Positions 37,601-50,931 of a stretch of 64,000 nucleotides of DNA are shown here, one piece after another. The notes below the pieces were generated by a model, which was not told where the DNA came from, did no database searches, and saw only the letters and a program-made list of their open reading frames with translations. This DNA comes from Chiloscyllium plagiosum (taxonomy: Eukaryota), in assembly GCF_004010195.1 (NCBI RefSeq), contig NC_057718.1:57066264-57130263 (forward strand), given 5' to 3'. The position numbers and the translations under genes were made by a program. The number at the start of each line of letters is the position of its first letter. Within the stretch, counting starts at the first letter, position 1.

Positions 37601-38310
37601 CAGCCCACACTATCTCAGTAGATGAGCCCTCGTCAAAAGTTCTCTCAGCCACCATTATAGTATCCTTGACTAACAAGGCCATGCCTCCCCCTCTTTTACC
37701 ACCTTGCCTGTTCTTAATGAAAGATCTAAACCCTGGAACCTGCAACATCCACTTCTCACCTTTCCATGTCTCCGAAATGGCCACAACATCGAAGTCCCAG
37801 GTACCTATCCAAACTGCTAGCTCACCTACCTTATTTCGGATACTTCTGGCATTGAAATAGACACACTTCAAACCAGTTTGCTGTCTGCCAGCACATTCCT
37901 GTGACCCTGAAATCCTGTCTCTGTCCTCCCTACTCTCATCCTCCTGTGCACTGCAACTACACTTCAGGTTCCCATCCCCCTGCTGAGCTAGTTTAAACTC
38001 ACCCGACTAGCACCAGCAAATTTACCACCCAGGATATTAGTACCCCTCTGGTTCAAATGAAGACCGTCCTGTTTGTACATGTCCCACCTTCTCCAGAATG
38101 AGCCCCAATTATCCATGTACCTGAAACCCTCCCTTCTGCACCATCCTTGCAGCCACATGTTCAGCTGATATCTCTCCCTATTCCTTGACTCACTATCCCT
38201 TGGCACGGTTAACAACCAGAGGTAACAACTTTGTTTGTTCTAGCTCTCAGCTTCCACCCTAGCACCCTGAAATCCTGTCTTACATCCCATATGATTGCAT
38301 CTGAATATGT
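34602..38310 (-). mobile_element. Long CR1 LINE (ORF1 esterase C-terminus, APE endonuclease, RT, 3'UTR), frameshifted, with a V-SINE inside
   Basis: 37988..38215 DGLHLNQRG (SGNH). 37311..37871 YFNARSIRNK, AISETW, GVFYRPP, LGDFNFP. 35521..35952 SLTSVVGK, YMDFSKAFD, VPQESVLGPLLF. Confidence 0.92.
35999..36448 (-). mobile_element. V-SINE (HE1-like) with internal ~145-bp tandem duplication
   Basis: The segment starting CCCTCCGAAGAGCAACCCACCC occurs at ~36061 and ~36206. Interrupts CR1 ORF2. Confidence 0.85.
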
Positions 38311-38589
38311 GAAAGGAAGAGACATTCCCAAAAAACCCAGGAAATTTCTACAATTAACAAAGGCTAGAAGCGAACGCAGGGGAGACATCACTTATCACAC
38401 TAGGAGATCATGCCATGCTCCTAGATACTTGATGGAAATGTGGGATTTGGTAGAACTATGACAATTAGAAGGAAGCAACACAGCTCGGGTATGGCAAGAC
38501 CAGGGGAGGATAGAACAGTGGAGCACAAGTCTAGACTGACTGAATCAGCAACTGGTGGCTTGCCTTCTTTTAGTGTATTTGTTGTTTTT

Positions 38590-39222
38590 ATCAAAAGTCT
38601 CAAGTTCTTAGGAGTAACGATCACCAATAGTCTGTCCTGGACTACTGACATTGATGCAACGGTCAAGGAGATACAATAATGCCACTTCTTTCTCAGGAGG
38701 CTAAGGAAATTCAACATGTCCATAAGGACTCTCACCAATTTTTGTAGTTGCACCATAGAAAGCATTCTATATGGATGCATCACGGCTTGGTACAGCAATT
38801 GCTCTGCCCAGGACTGTAAGAAACTACAGAGAATTGTGAACACAGCCCAGTCCATCATGCAAGCGAACCTTCCATCCATTGATGCCATCTACACTTCTCG
38901 ATGCCTCGGAAGGCAGTCAACATTATCAAAGACCCCTCCCACCCTGGTTATAATCTCTTTCAACCTCTTCCGTCTGGTAGAAGATACAAAAGCTTAAGCA
39001 CGCGTATAATAACATTGGGGAAGAAGCTGTTCTTGGACTTCTAAATGGACCGCTCAAATTTCAAATCTACTGTTGATCCTGCTTTTTGGACAGCTGTAAC
39101 TTCATATTCATTGCTCTGTTTCGTCACTGTGTGATCTTTGTATGTTATGAACTGCCTTGGTTGCACTCAAACAAAACATTTCATTGTACTTGGGTACATG
39201 TGATGATAATAAATCAAATCAA
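38590..39222 (+). mobile_element. Rex1/Babar-like LINE 3' fragment
   Basis: KFLGVTITNSLSWTT...LTNFCSCTIESILYGCITAWYSNC. Ends AATAAATCAAATCAAA, like the copy ending at 16088. Confidence 0.85.
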
Positions 39223-40283
39223 ACCTTTTTTATTCTGCTCAATGCAGCAAATAGGAATCACTCTAAAAGCTTTGAAGGGAAAATAAAATGTGATCATAGA
39301 GCCAGTATTTGTTGCAAAGATTTTATCCTTTGAGACCAAGTCCTGAGTGCTAATCATTGGTAAATGGAATAAGCACTAATATCAAGCATTCACTTTAAGT
39401 CTTCCAGGAGTCGACTTTCTTTTTCAATGAATACAGTTCATTTTAATGACAGGTGCTTGACAAGAGTCAAGACTATCATTACAAAGTTAAGGAGCAAACG
39501 AATAGGAGAGAAGAGCAACAGATATTAGATGTATGGTAAGGGGAGATTTGCAAAGGAGATATGGCGGATTTTCCCACTTTGTATTCCTCCATTTTGTACT
39601 CCCTGGGATTCCAACCCTATTACATTGCCCTGAAGTATCCAGGAATTTGAGATGAATCTCTAGAATGTCGTTGCGAGCAAACTTAGGAGCTGATGAATTA
39701 GTAGTTCCTTCTAATCTGCTTCACTGTTCAGTAAGGTCATGGCTGATTGGTTCCACATTCCTTTCTGCCTTCCATAACTTTAAATTCCCTCACCTAACAA
39801 GAATCTATTTACCTCTATTTTAAAATTATTATTCAGCAACCAACAACCCACTGCTTTTTGAGGCAGAGAGTTCCAAAGTTGCAAACCCCCTGAGAAACTA
39901 AAATCCCCTTACCTCTGGCCTAAATGGGGAACTGCTGATTTTAAAGTAAATTCTCCAGTTTTGGACTTACCCACAAGATTAAAAATCCTTTCCACGATCA
40001 CCTTGTCAAGACCATTCAGGATTGTATAAACTTAATCAAATCATCTGTTGCTCTGTTGAATTCTAGTGAAAACAAGCCCCACCTCCCATCCAATCTTTCC
40101 TCAAAAGACAATCTACTCATTTCAGTTATCAATCTAGTAAATTTCCTCTGAGCTGCCTTCAAAGCATTATATCCTTCTTTAAATAAGGCGATCAAAACCG
40201 CACATAGTATTTAAGATATGGCCTCACCAATAACCTGCATAATTGAAGCATAACATCCTTATTCTTATGTTCAGTTCCTCTAT

Positions 40284-41390
40284 ATGGGAAGCATGAGATA
40301 CAGGGAAACCTGTCAGTCTGGATACAGAATTGGCTGGGACATAGAAGACAGAAGGTGATGGTAGATGAAACATATTCAGTCTGGAGCTTGGTGACTAGTG
40401 GTGTTTGCAGGGATCAGTTCTGGGAACTTTGCTGTTTGTAATTTTTATAAATGACTTGGATGAGGAAGTGGAAGGGTGGGTTAGTAAGTTTGCCAATGAC
40501 ACGAAGGTTAGTGTAGCAGTGGATAGTGTGGAGGGCTGTTGTAGGTTACAACTTGACATTAACAGGATGCAGAACTGGACTGAGAAGTGGCAGATGGAGT
40601 TCAACTTGGAAAGGTGTGAAGTCATTTACTTTGTAAGGTCGAATTTGAGTGCAGAATACAGGGTGAAATGCAGGATTCTTGACAGTGTGGAGGAATAGAG
40701 GGATCTTGGGAACCCTGTCCATAGAACCCCCAAAATTGCCACCCCAGGTTGATAAGGTTATTAAGGTTGCATATAGTGTGTTGGTTTTCATTAGCAGGGG
40801 GATTGCGTTTAAGAGCGGCGAGGTTATGCTGCAACTCTGTAGAGTCCTGATTAGACCGCACTTAGAATATTGTGTTTAGTTCTGGTCGCCTCGTTATAGG
40901 AAAGATGTGGAAGCTTTAGAGAGGGTGCAGAGGAGATGTACCAGGGTGCTGCCTGGACTGGAGGACATGTCTTATGAAAAAAGATTGAGAGAACTAGGGT
41001 TTTTTTCATTGGAGTGAAGAAGAATGAGAGGTGACTTGATAGAGGTGTACAAGATATTGAGAGGCAGAGATAGAGTGGAGAGCCAGAGACTTTTTCCCAT
41101 GGCGGAAATGTCTATCATGAGCGGGCATAATTTTCAGGTAATTGGGGGAAAGTTTAGGGGAGATGTTCAGAGGTAAGTTCTTTACTCGGAGAATGGTGGG
41201 TGTGTGGAATGCACTGTCAGCGGTAGTAGTAGAGTCAGACCCATTAGGGATATCTAAGCAACTATTGGATAGGCACAAGGAAGTTAGTACAATAAAGGAT
41301 ATGTAGGTTTGCCTGATCTTCGAGTAGGCTTGCACAACATCGAGGTCCAAAGGGCTTGTACTGTGCTAAACCGTTCTATGTTTTATGCAT
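40284..41390 (+). mobile_element. CR1 LINE 3' ~1.1 kb (RT to 3'UTR) nested in older minus-strand CR1 debris (~39700-43250)
   Basis: QGSVLGTLLFVIFINDLD...SKFANDTK...WQMEFNLERCEV and LIRPHLEYCV. Confidence 0.88.
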
Positions 41391-43567
41391 AATAGAAGAT
41401 GTATTCCATTAGCCTTCTTAATTATTTGCTGTGCAAGCATTCTAACCTTTAACAACTCATGCACTAGAACACCTAGATCCCTCTGCACCTTTCAATTCTG
41501 TAAGTTTTCACTATTTAAGTAATACTTTTTTTGAATTTTCTCACATAATACTACTCCGTCTGTAGGTTTCTACCTACTCACTCAATCTATCTATAATCCA
41601 TCTGCATCCTTCTTATGTTTTCCCCATAACATACTTTATAACTATCTTGGCATCATGTACAAATCTAGCTACTCTGATTCCTCATCTAAGTCATAGAGTC
41701 ATACAGCATGGAAACAGACCCTTTGGTCCAACTAGTCTGCGCCCATCATGTTCCCAAAATAAACTAGTCCCAGCTGCCTCCATTTGGCCCATGTCCCTCC
41801 AAACCTTTCCTATTCATTTACTTATCTAAATGTCTTTTAAACATTGTAACTGTACCTGCATCCACCCCTTCCTCTGGCAGCTCATTCCACATACAATTTA
41901 TATAATTGAGAGAGTATTTAGTATCAAATAGAGGGTGCAGCACAGATCCCTGCAAGACCCAACTCACCACAGCCTGCTGATCAAATAAAGAACCGTTTAC
42001 GCATATGAGCATAAGAACTAGGGGCAGTAGGCGGCAGTTCAGCCTTCTGAGTCTGCTCTACCATTTGAATGATGGCTAATCTTTTGTCACCTTCAAATTC
42101 ACTTTCCTGCCCGGTCTCCGTAACCTTTTGACTATTCTTAATTAAAAATCTGTCTATCTCTTGCTTAAATTGCATACTGTCTGTTTTCTGACAGTCAGTC
42201 AAACTTTTATCCTTGCCAAGATGTCACCTCCAATAGCATGAGCTCCTACTTTGAGCACTAAGAACTTTTTGTCTGGCATCTTGTCAAATCCTTGCTAAAA
42301 TCCAAGTGCAGTACATCAATCGGCTCCCTGCTAACCACTGCAAATGAATTGGTTAAACTTGATTTCTCTTTCGCAGAGCCATGCTGATTCGATTGTCTTG
42401 AATTTTTATAAGTGCTCATTTATAAACTCTAATGTTGATTCTAACATCTTTCCCATGACAGATGTCAAATGAACCTTCTTGCCAGTCTAAGAAAATTTTA
42501 TCAGTATCAAACCAACTGGAAAATTAACATCAACACACCTATTACTTGATTAACCACCTCTTTTAAGATTCCAGGATAAAGTCCACTAGGAACTACAGAC
42601 TTATCAACCAACAGTTCTATGAATTTGCTCAGTATTGCATCCCAGTGATTATAATTTTACCATGTTCCTTGCTTCCTTTAAGCTCCTAGCTCACAAGAAT
42701 TGCTGCAATGTTTTTGCACCTCTAAAGTGAAAATTGAAGCATGATCGCATCCTCCATTTCTTTATTTTTTGGTATTAACCAACTGTTTTTACCTTCTAGA
42801 GATCCAAAGAACCTGTTGCTAGAAACATAAAACAGATAGCGAGCTTTCTCTTATTTTCCAGTTTATTTCTTCTGTTTAACACTGTTTAACAATGCTGTTC
42901 ATTGTATTCCGACTAATCATCTGAAATGCCACTCACCTTTGTACAATTATCTGTTTTTTTTGATGCTCTCCCTAATCTGTTTAGTTAACCATAGATAATG
43001 GATCACCATTGGAATTTTTCTTTATAGTAGGAATGTACTACTCTGAAATATCCTTTAAAATGTCACTGCTTCTCTACTGACCTATCTCTAGCTTAATATC
43101 AGCTTTCATGTCAACATAATTGCCCTTTTTTAAAAGTTTAAAATACTAGTGTTAAACCACTTCTCCACTGTCAACTAGATGTGAAATTCAACCAAGAGAT
43201 GCCTTGGCATTGAGGTTATTAATCAATCCTGTCACATTACACAATACCAAATGTGACGGTGCTGTAACTTTATCAAGGTTATTTTGTTCTTAGGTTTTCT
43301 TTCTGCCAAAATGTCTACTTTAGTAATGGCAGGGGAGTGGCCAGTTCTCTCAGTTCAGGTTTTTTCTAGTTTGGTTTACTTGCAGCAGCTGCTGGTAGCT
43401 CTAGCAGAAGCTGCTGCAGTCAAAAAAGGTTCCATACTTCAGTCAATGATCATTGACTGACTTTTCTCTCTGAAATCTCTCCTGCCTGTAAGATCTGTTT
43501 TTTGAATTTACCTTTTGCCAATTGTTTATGGGATAGTATGGGAATTGGAACAGCTCCATAGTTAAGT

Positions 43568-44190
43568 TGCTGGATCAAGCAGACAAATCTCGTCCAGAAA
43601 CCCTAGCCACTCTCCCCTACACCAAAGAAATCTCGGAAATGACTGCCAGACTACTCAGACCCCTTGGCATCATGGTAACCCACAAACCTACCAACACACT
43701 AAAACAGCAGCTAATGAACTTGAAAGATCTTATACAGACAATGAACAAAACTAATGTCATTTACAAAATACCGTGCAAGGACTGTAACAAACACAACATT
43801 GGATAAACAGGCAGAAAACTAGCCACCAGGATACATGAACACCAACTAGCCACAAAAAGACATGACCCTCTCTCACTAGTATCCTCACATACTAATGAGG
43901 AAGGACACCATTTCGACTGGGACAACACATCCATCCTCGGACAAGCCAAACAAAGACACGCACGAGAATTCCTATAAGCATGGCATTCCAATGAACTCTA
44001 TCAATAAACATATCGAGTTAGACCCCACCTACCACCCCCTGAGAAAAGGAACAGGAAATGACTTCACCACAGGAGATGACATCACCAACCCAAAGAAACC
44101 CAAACATATAAATAGAAAGCAGGAATTTTCAGCATTGCTTCTCCTGAGGCTCACTGAAGATGTTACCTAGTAGGGTAACGAAATGTCTGG
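43568..44190 (+). mobile_element. Penelope-like element 3' fragment (family B)
   Basis: ATLPYTKEISEMTARLLRPLGI...NVIYKIPCKDCNKHNIG, homologous to 22424-23137. Confidence 0.88.
44151..44190 (+). ncRNA. Minimal type I hammerhead ribozyme (family B)
   Basis: UCA-CUGAAGA-U-GUUACC(UAGUAG)GGUAAC-GAAA-UG-UC-UGG. Confidence 0.68.
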
Positions 44191-45059
44191 ATATCAGATC
44201 CATATTCATTCAGTACTGCATGTGCTATCAATTTAGTTGTGAATAGTTCATGTATTCAGATGCAAAACCTTCAGCTTCTTTTGTTATTTTTTTAAGCATG
44301 TAGTCTTGACTACTGGTACATTCTTTGTCTTTTTCTCACAGGGCATAATGAGCAATTTTCCACATTATTGGGTAGATGCCAGAGTTGTAGCTGCACTGGG
44401 TCAGAGTGATTTAGGGTGCAGCTAGCATTGGTGAACAACTCTTTTTAGTACCAATGCCAGAATATTGTCAGGATCCACAGCCTTTGCACTATCCATGTTA
44501 GATTTATAAAAATGATCGAAGACTGGTAACTGTGATGTCAGGGATCTCAAAAAGAGGAAGCTGGGATTGATCATCTATTTGGCTCATCTGACTGAGTATG
44601 GATGCAAATGCTTCAGCCTTTTGTGGTGTTGTACTGGGCTTTGCCATGATCAAAGATGGTAATATATTTTCAGTTAGTTGTGAGTTGTTTAAATGTTCAC
44701 AACCATGTGAATGAATGTTACAGAACTGCAGAGTTTGGATCTGATCCATTGGTTATGGGTTAATGTTATCATCCCATACATGCACTCTCACACCTTCCCT
44801 CTCTCCCTGGTGCTCTCCCCCTCTCTCTAGCACACTTTCTGCCCATCTCTTTTACACATTGGCATTGAAGAGGAAAAGGGCAGCGGGTGGAAGTGGGAAA
44901 TAAGTTAGCATAGGGATTTGAGAATTAATGGGCAATAGGGTATTAGGTTACAAGGGTGGGGCATAGGGTACGTGTCAGTGTGATGATGGTAAGAGAGGTG
45001 AGGGCTGGAGGAATGCTTTATTCCCTTCTGGGGATGCAAGCTATACCTTTGAATCTGGT

Positions 45060-45350
45060 CCCAGGACGCTTTTGGTCAAGCTGTCTGTGTGAAGGTTCAC
45101 ATTTTCCTCATGTCTGTATGGGTTTCCTCCAGGTGCTCTGGTTTCCTCCCACAGTCCAAAGTTGAGCAGTTTAGGTGAATTGACCGTGCTAAATTGCCCA
45201 TAATGTTCAGGGATGTGTAGGCTAGGTGCATTAGTCAGGGGAAATGTATAGTAATATGGTAGGGGAATGGGTCTGGGTTGGATACTGTTTGGAGGGTCGG
45301 TGTGGACTTCTTGGGTCAAATAGCCTGTTTCCACACTGCAGTAATTCTAA
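45060..45350 (+). mobile_element. V-SINE (HE1-like), 5'-damaged
   Basis: GGGTTTCCTCCAGGTGCTCTGGTTTCCTCCCACAGTCCAAAG V-domain and tail. Confidence 0.8.
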
Positions 45351-45502
45351 AATGTTCTTCTAAGAGCTGATTTTAATCCCTTCTGAAATGGCCTGCAAAA
45401 ACCATTTAGTATCCAGCCAGTGATTCCCACATCCTATGAATGAATTTAAAAAAGGAAAATACTGTCTGCCTTTTCAGTATAATTTGTTTTGAATTTGTCT
45501 GA

Positions 45503-45730
<228 letters not shown>

Positions 45731-46919
45731 TAAATGTTTCAAGGTAATACGTTGACTGCTAGGACTGATATTTTGTGAAATGCACATTTTCTGTAAGATG
45801 GTAAGAACATGAAGTAATTGGCACATTTTTTCATTATTATAATTTTGGTTTTCATTAAATACATTTTCTCTTGCTCTGTGCAAAGGATTACTCCTTTAAG
45901 AAAACCCTTGTCCCAGAGAACTGAAGCATGATTTTCACAAAATATCTGCTGGTGTGAATAAGCAACTTTTTATTCTGTTGATTAGTTCACAGAAATTGCT
46001 TTGATCATGAAACACCCTCACAACTGGACTAAACGCCTGACTGTCGGACGTTGCCAGCTTTGCGAAATGAAGTTTAACAGGATATTGAAATGTTCAGAAT
46101 CAGCAAACAGAGCAGATCTCAATTAAACAATTAAACATTATGCTTGCAGATGCTATTCAGAAACAATACTATTTGGAAATGCCGTTTGCTTTCCATTGTA
46201 TGACATCTGTGTTACAAAAATTATGCATCAATTGGCTAATCCTTCACTACACCACATCATCCAGCCAAGTATGTGATCGCAGGCTAATCTTAACTCTGGA
46301 TTTGTCAGATCCCAGAACAAAGCCTGGCTTGATGGATCCTAACATTGTTACTTATCTACTATGGAAGTCAATAACTGAACACATTCACAAGTCTGTAAAT
46401 ATTTAAGGAAATATTCACCCAGTAAAGAAAGATTCTGACGTTCCAGGATGGAAGAGGGAAACAGGGAAGATTCTGATGCGTACGAACTGTTTTGGGTTTT
46501 TTTTTTGTCTGAACTCAACTTTGTAGCCTTGAGGGTAATCCTTCCCTTTACGGCATTGTGGGTAAACTGTCAGAACATGGATTGCAGTGGTTCAAAAAGG
46601 CAGCTCAACACCATCTAGGGCAACAAGGGATAGGCAATAAATGCTGACCAGCCAATAATGTCCACATCACATAAGTGAATAAAAAAAACATTGTAATGAC
46701 TGCCCACTCAGATGAGAAACCTCAGTTCATTAAGATTCTGACAGAATACCCACAAATCATTATACCCCTGGGTGAGTAGATTGAACTGGCTATATTTTTT
46801 ATTCGTTCTCTTCTCACCTTTGTTGGTCACAGGGAGTCCATTCCTCATGGATAGCTTATCCAGTTCCAGTGTAGTTATGCTTTCTAAAGAGCCAATCTAA
46901 CCAGCCTTTTTTTTTCCTT

Positions 46920-47215
46920 TGGCCCAACAAGTCCACACTGACCCTCTGAAGAGTAACCATTCAGACCCATTCCCCTACCCTGTTATTCTACATTTACCCT
47001 GACTAATGCACCTAACCTGAACACTATGGGCAATTTAGCTTGGCCAATTCACCTTACTTGCACGTCTTTGGACTGTGGGAGGAAACCGGAGTACCCAGAG
47101 GAAACCAACAAAGACATGGCAAGCATGTGCGAACTCCACACAGACAGTTGCCCGAGGCTGGAATTGAACCTGGGTCCCTGTGAAGCAGCAGTGCTAACTA
47201 TTGAGCCACTGTGTC
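46920..47215 (-). mobile_element. V-SINE (HE1-like)
   Basis: Same head and V-domain as the other copies. Confidence 0.82.
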
Positions 47216-47917
47216 TTTCTTGGGTTAAGGAAGGAATGAGTTTAATAAAATACAAGAAAAAGATAATAATATGGAACACAGAAACGAGGAATGAGGAAAT
47301 ACATAATAGTTAGAAAAAAGATATATGAATCAAACTTTGGCTTATCCATGGAGAAATGTTGCTGCATTAAGTTAGGTCATTCCATTCGTGCTAACCTCAG
47401 CAGTTGAGCATTTGGTGTGAAGATTGTTGGTTCTCCAATTTACACAAAAGAGTTGTCCTTTTCCCTTTTCAGTGGTGCTTTGCTAATTTGTGACTCAAGA
47501 GTCATAGAGCTGTACAGCATGGAAACAGACCCTTCGGTCCAACTCATCCATACCGATCAGATATCTCAACCCAATGCAGTCCCACCTGTCAGCACTCAGC
47601 CCATCACCCTCCAAACTCTTCCTATTCATCTATTCATATGGGTGCCTTTTAAATGTTGCAATTGTACTAGCCTTCACCACTTCCTCTGCCAACCCATTCC
47701 ACAGACGCACCACCCTCTGCATGAAACATTGGCCCCTTAGGTCTCTCTTATATCTTTATCCTCTCACCCTAAACCCATACACTCTAGTTCTGGACCCCAG
47801 CCGTCACCCCCACCTCCAAGGAAAAGGCTTTGTCTATTTACTCTATCCATGCCCCTCATGATTTTGTAAACCACTATAAGGTCACCCCTCAGCCTATGAT
47901 GCTCCAGAGAAAACAGC

Positions 47918-48139
47918 TGAAAATGTGTTGCTGGAAAAGCGCAGCAGGTCAGGCAGCATCCAAGGAGCAGGAGAATCGACATTTCGGGCATGAGCCCTTC
48001 TTCAGGAATGTTGGATTCCTGAAGAAGGGCTCATGCCCAAAACGTCGATTCTCCTGCTCCTTGGATGCTGCCTGACCTGCTGCGCTTTTCTAGTAACACA
48101 TTTTCAGCTCTGATCTCCAGCATCTGCAGTCCTCACTTT
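47918..48139. mobile_element. Palindromic family A mini insertion, 16-bp TSD
   Basis: TSD CTCCAGAGAAAACAGC (47902-47917) / CTCCAGGGAAAACAGC (48140-48155). The core is intact on - (47978-48005) and has GAAA>AAAA on + (48019-48046). Confidence 0.9.
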
Positions 48140-48900
48140 CTCCAGGGAAAACAGCCCTAGCTTATTCAACCTTTCCCTATAGCTCAAATCCTCCAATCCT
48201 GGCAACATCCCTGTAAACCTTTTTTGAACTATTCCAAGTTTCACAACATCCTTCCAATAGGACGGAGACCAGAATTGCATGCAATATTCCAAAAGTGGCC
48301 TAACCAATGTCCTGTACGGCCTCAACATGACCTCCCAAACTCCCAATAAATGAAAGCATCAAACGCCTTCTTCACTATCCTATCTACCTATGACTCCACT
48401 TTCGAGGAGCTATGAACCTGCACTCCAAGGTCTCTTTGTTCAGCAACACTCCCTAGGACCTTACCATTAAGTATATAAGTCCTGCTAAGATTTGTTTTCC
48501 CAAAATGCAGCACCTTGCATTTATCTAAATTAAACTCCATCTGCCACACCCTTTGGCCCATCTGATCAAGATCCCGTTGTAATCTGAGGTAATCTTCTTC
48601 ACCATCCACTACACCTCCAATTTTGGTGTCATCTGCAAACTTACTAACTATACCTCTTATGCTCACATCCAAATCATTTATATAAATGATGAGATGTGAT
48701 GGACCCTGCACTGATCCTTGTGGCACTGCACTGGCCACAGGGCTCGGGTCTGAAAAACAATCCTCCGCCACCATCCTCTGTCTTCCAGCTTTGAGTCAGT
48801 TCAGTATCCAAATGGGTGGTTCTCCCTGAGATCTAACTTTGTTAACCAGCCTCCCATGGGGAACCTTGTCGAACGCCTTACTGAAGTCCATATAGATCAT

Positions 48901-49116
48901 GGAGGAGAAAGTGAGGTCTGCAGATGCTGGAGATCAGAGCTAAAAATGTGTTGCTGGAACAGCGCAGCAGGTCAGGCAGCATCCAGGGAACAGGAGAATC
49001 GATGTTTCGGGCATAAGCCCTTCTTCCTGAAGAAGGGCTTATGCCCAAAACGTCGATTCCCCTGTTCCATGGATGCTGCCTGACCTGCTGCGCTGTTCCA
49101 GCAACACATTTTCAGC
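48901..49116. mobile_element. Palindromic family A mini insertion, 14-bp TSD
   Basis: TSD TCCATATAGATCAT (48887-48900) / TCCATACAAATCAT (49117-49130). Confidence 0.88.
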
Positions 49117-50843
49117 TCCATACAAATCATATCTACCGCTCTAACCTCATGAATCCTCTTTGATACTTTTTCAAAAAACTCAAACAAGTTTGTTAGACAT
49201 GATTTCCCACGTGCAAAGCCATGTTATCTATCCCTAATCAGTCCTTGCCTTTTCAAATACATGTAAATCCTGACACTCACGATTTCCTCCAACAACTTGC
49301 CCACCACTGATGTCAGGCTCGTTGGTCTATAGTTCCCTGGTTTGTCCTTACCAACTTTTTAAAGTAGTGGCACCACGTTAGCCAACCTCCAGACTTTCGG
49401 CACCTCACCTGTGACTACCGATGATACAAATATCTCAGCAAAAGGCCAAGCAATCACTTCCCTAGCTTCCCACAGAGGTCTAGAGTACACCTGTCCTGGG
49501 GATTTATCCACTTTTATGCATTTCAAGACATCCAGCACTTCCTCCTCTGTAATATGACATCCAGCACTTCCTCCTCTGTAATATGGACATTTTTCAAGAT
49601 GTCACCATCTATTTCCCGACGTTCTATATCTTCTATGTCCTTTTTCACAATAAACACAAATGCAAAATATTTGTTTAGTATCTCCCCCATCTCCTGCAGC
49701 TCCACACAAAGGCCGCCTTGCTGATCTTTGAGGGGCCCTATTCTTTCTCTAGTTACCTTTTTGTCCTTAATGTATTAGTAAAAATCCTTTGGATTCTCCT
49801 TAACTCTACTTGCCAAAGCTATCTCTCCTGATTTGCCCTCCTGATTTCCCTCTTAAGTACACTCCTATTGCCTTTATATTCGTCTAAGGACTCACTCAAT
49901 CTATCTTGCCTAAACCTGACATATGCTTTCTATTTTTTCCTCAATTTCTTTTGTCATCCAACATTCCCTACACCTACCAGCCTTTCCTCTCACCCTAACA
50001 GGAATATACTTTCTCTGGACTCTCATTACCTGATTTCTGAAGGTTTCCCAATTTCCAGCCATCCCTTTACCTTTGAACGTCTGCCCCCAATCAGCTTTTG
50101 AAAGTTCTTGCCTAATACCGTCAAAATTGTCCTTTATCCAAATTAGAACTTCAACTTTTAGACTTGCTTCTAGCAATCAGCAAGAGGGACTTTTTCTTTT
50201 GCTTGCAAGTATGGAGTGCCTCGTGAATGTTCTTCAGCTGTGAATTCACAGCATAAACCAGCCCATTTGAACTAAAACACTAGACTAGCACACTGTGAGG
50301 TCTGCATTGCAGTTGGTTTTGGAATTCCGTCTCTTAGAAATGCTTGCAAAGTCTTGTCAAATGTAAAAGGAACTTAAGAACAAAATGGTGAGAACTTTAT
50401 AGTGTTTTGGTGCAGATGAATCTGGGTGTCTTCATGCATGAATTGCAGAAAACTAGTATGCAGATACAGCAGGCAATAAGGAAGGCAAGTTAAAGTTTAG
50501 AATTTATTGTTAAAGGAGTATAAAAATAGGCGAGTGTTACTGCAACTGTACAAGGCATTAGTGAGAGCGCACCTGGAATAATTTTGGTCCCCTTAATTAA
50601 AGAGGGATGTAATTGTATTGGAGGTAGTTCAAAGGAGGCTTACTCGATTGATTCCAGATGGCCGGTGGGGGCTGGTGGTGTTTTTCACATGAAGAGGGAA
50701 TGAGAGCAAAGGCTTGTTCTGTCTAGTTTAGAAGAATGTGAGGAGATCTAATTGAAGTATATAAGATGCTGAAGGGGGTTGAACAAGTAGATATAGAAAG
50801 GATGTTTCCTCATTTGGGGCTGTCTAGCACAAGGGGTCATAAT

Positions 50844-50931
50844 GGTTGTAGGTTTGCTTACTGAGCTGGGAGGTTCGTTTTCAGATGTTTCGTCACCATA
50901 CCAGGTAACATCTTCAGTGAGCCTCCAGACA
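50844..50931 (-). mobile_element. 88-bp family B micro-insertion with perfect 13-bp TSD
   Basis: AAGGGGTCATAAT at 50831-50843 and 50932-50944. The interior is homologous to the 3' terminus of the PLE at 22424-22510. Confidence 0.85.
50881..50920 (-). ncRNA. Minimal type I hammerhead ribozyme (family B)
   Basis: UCA-CUGAAGA-U-GUUACC(UGGUAU)GGUGAC-GAAA-CA-UC-UGA. Confidence 0.68.

Larger units (their letters stand above)
47498..50165 (-). mobile_element. CR1 LINE ORF2/3'UTR interrupted by two family A palindromes
   Basis: VPQGSVQGP...SKFADDTKIGG...WQMEFNLDKCKVLHFG and LVRPLLEYCMQFWSP. Confidence 0.9.

Noticed and set aside
43252..43567. Possible LTR start TGTGACGGTG...
   Set aside because: No matching ...CA end or TSD was found; it is interrupted by a PLE.
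49527..49584. 29-bp tandem duplication in CR1
   Set aside because: Real but an ordinary local slippage event with no further significance.
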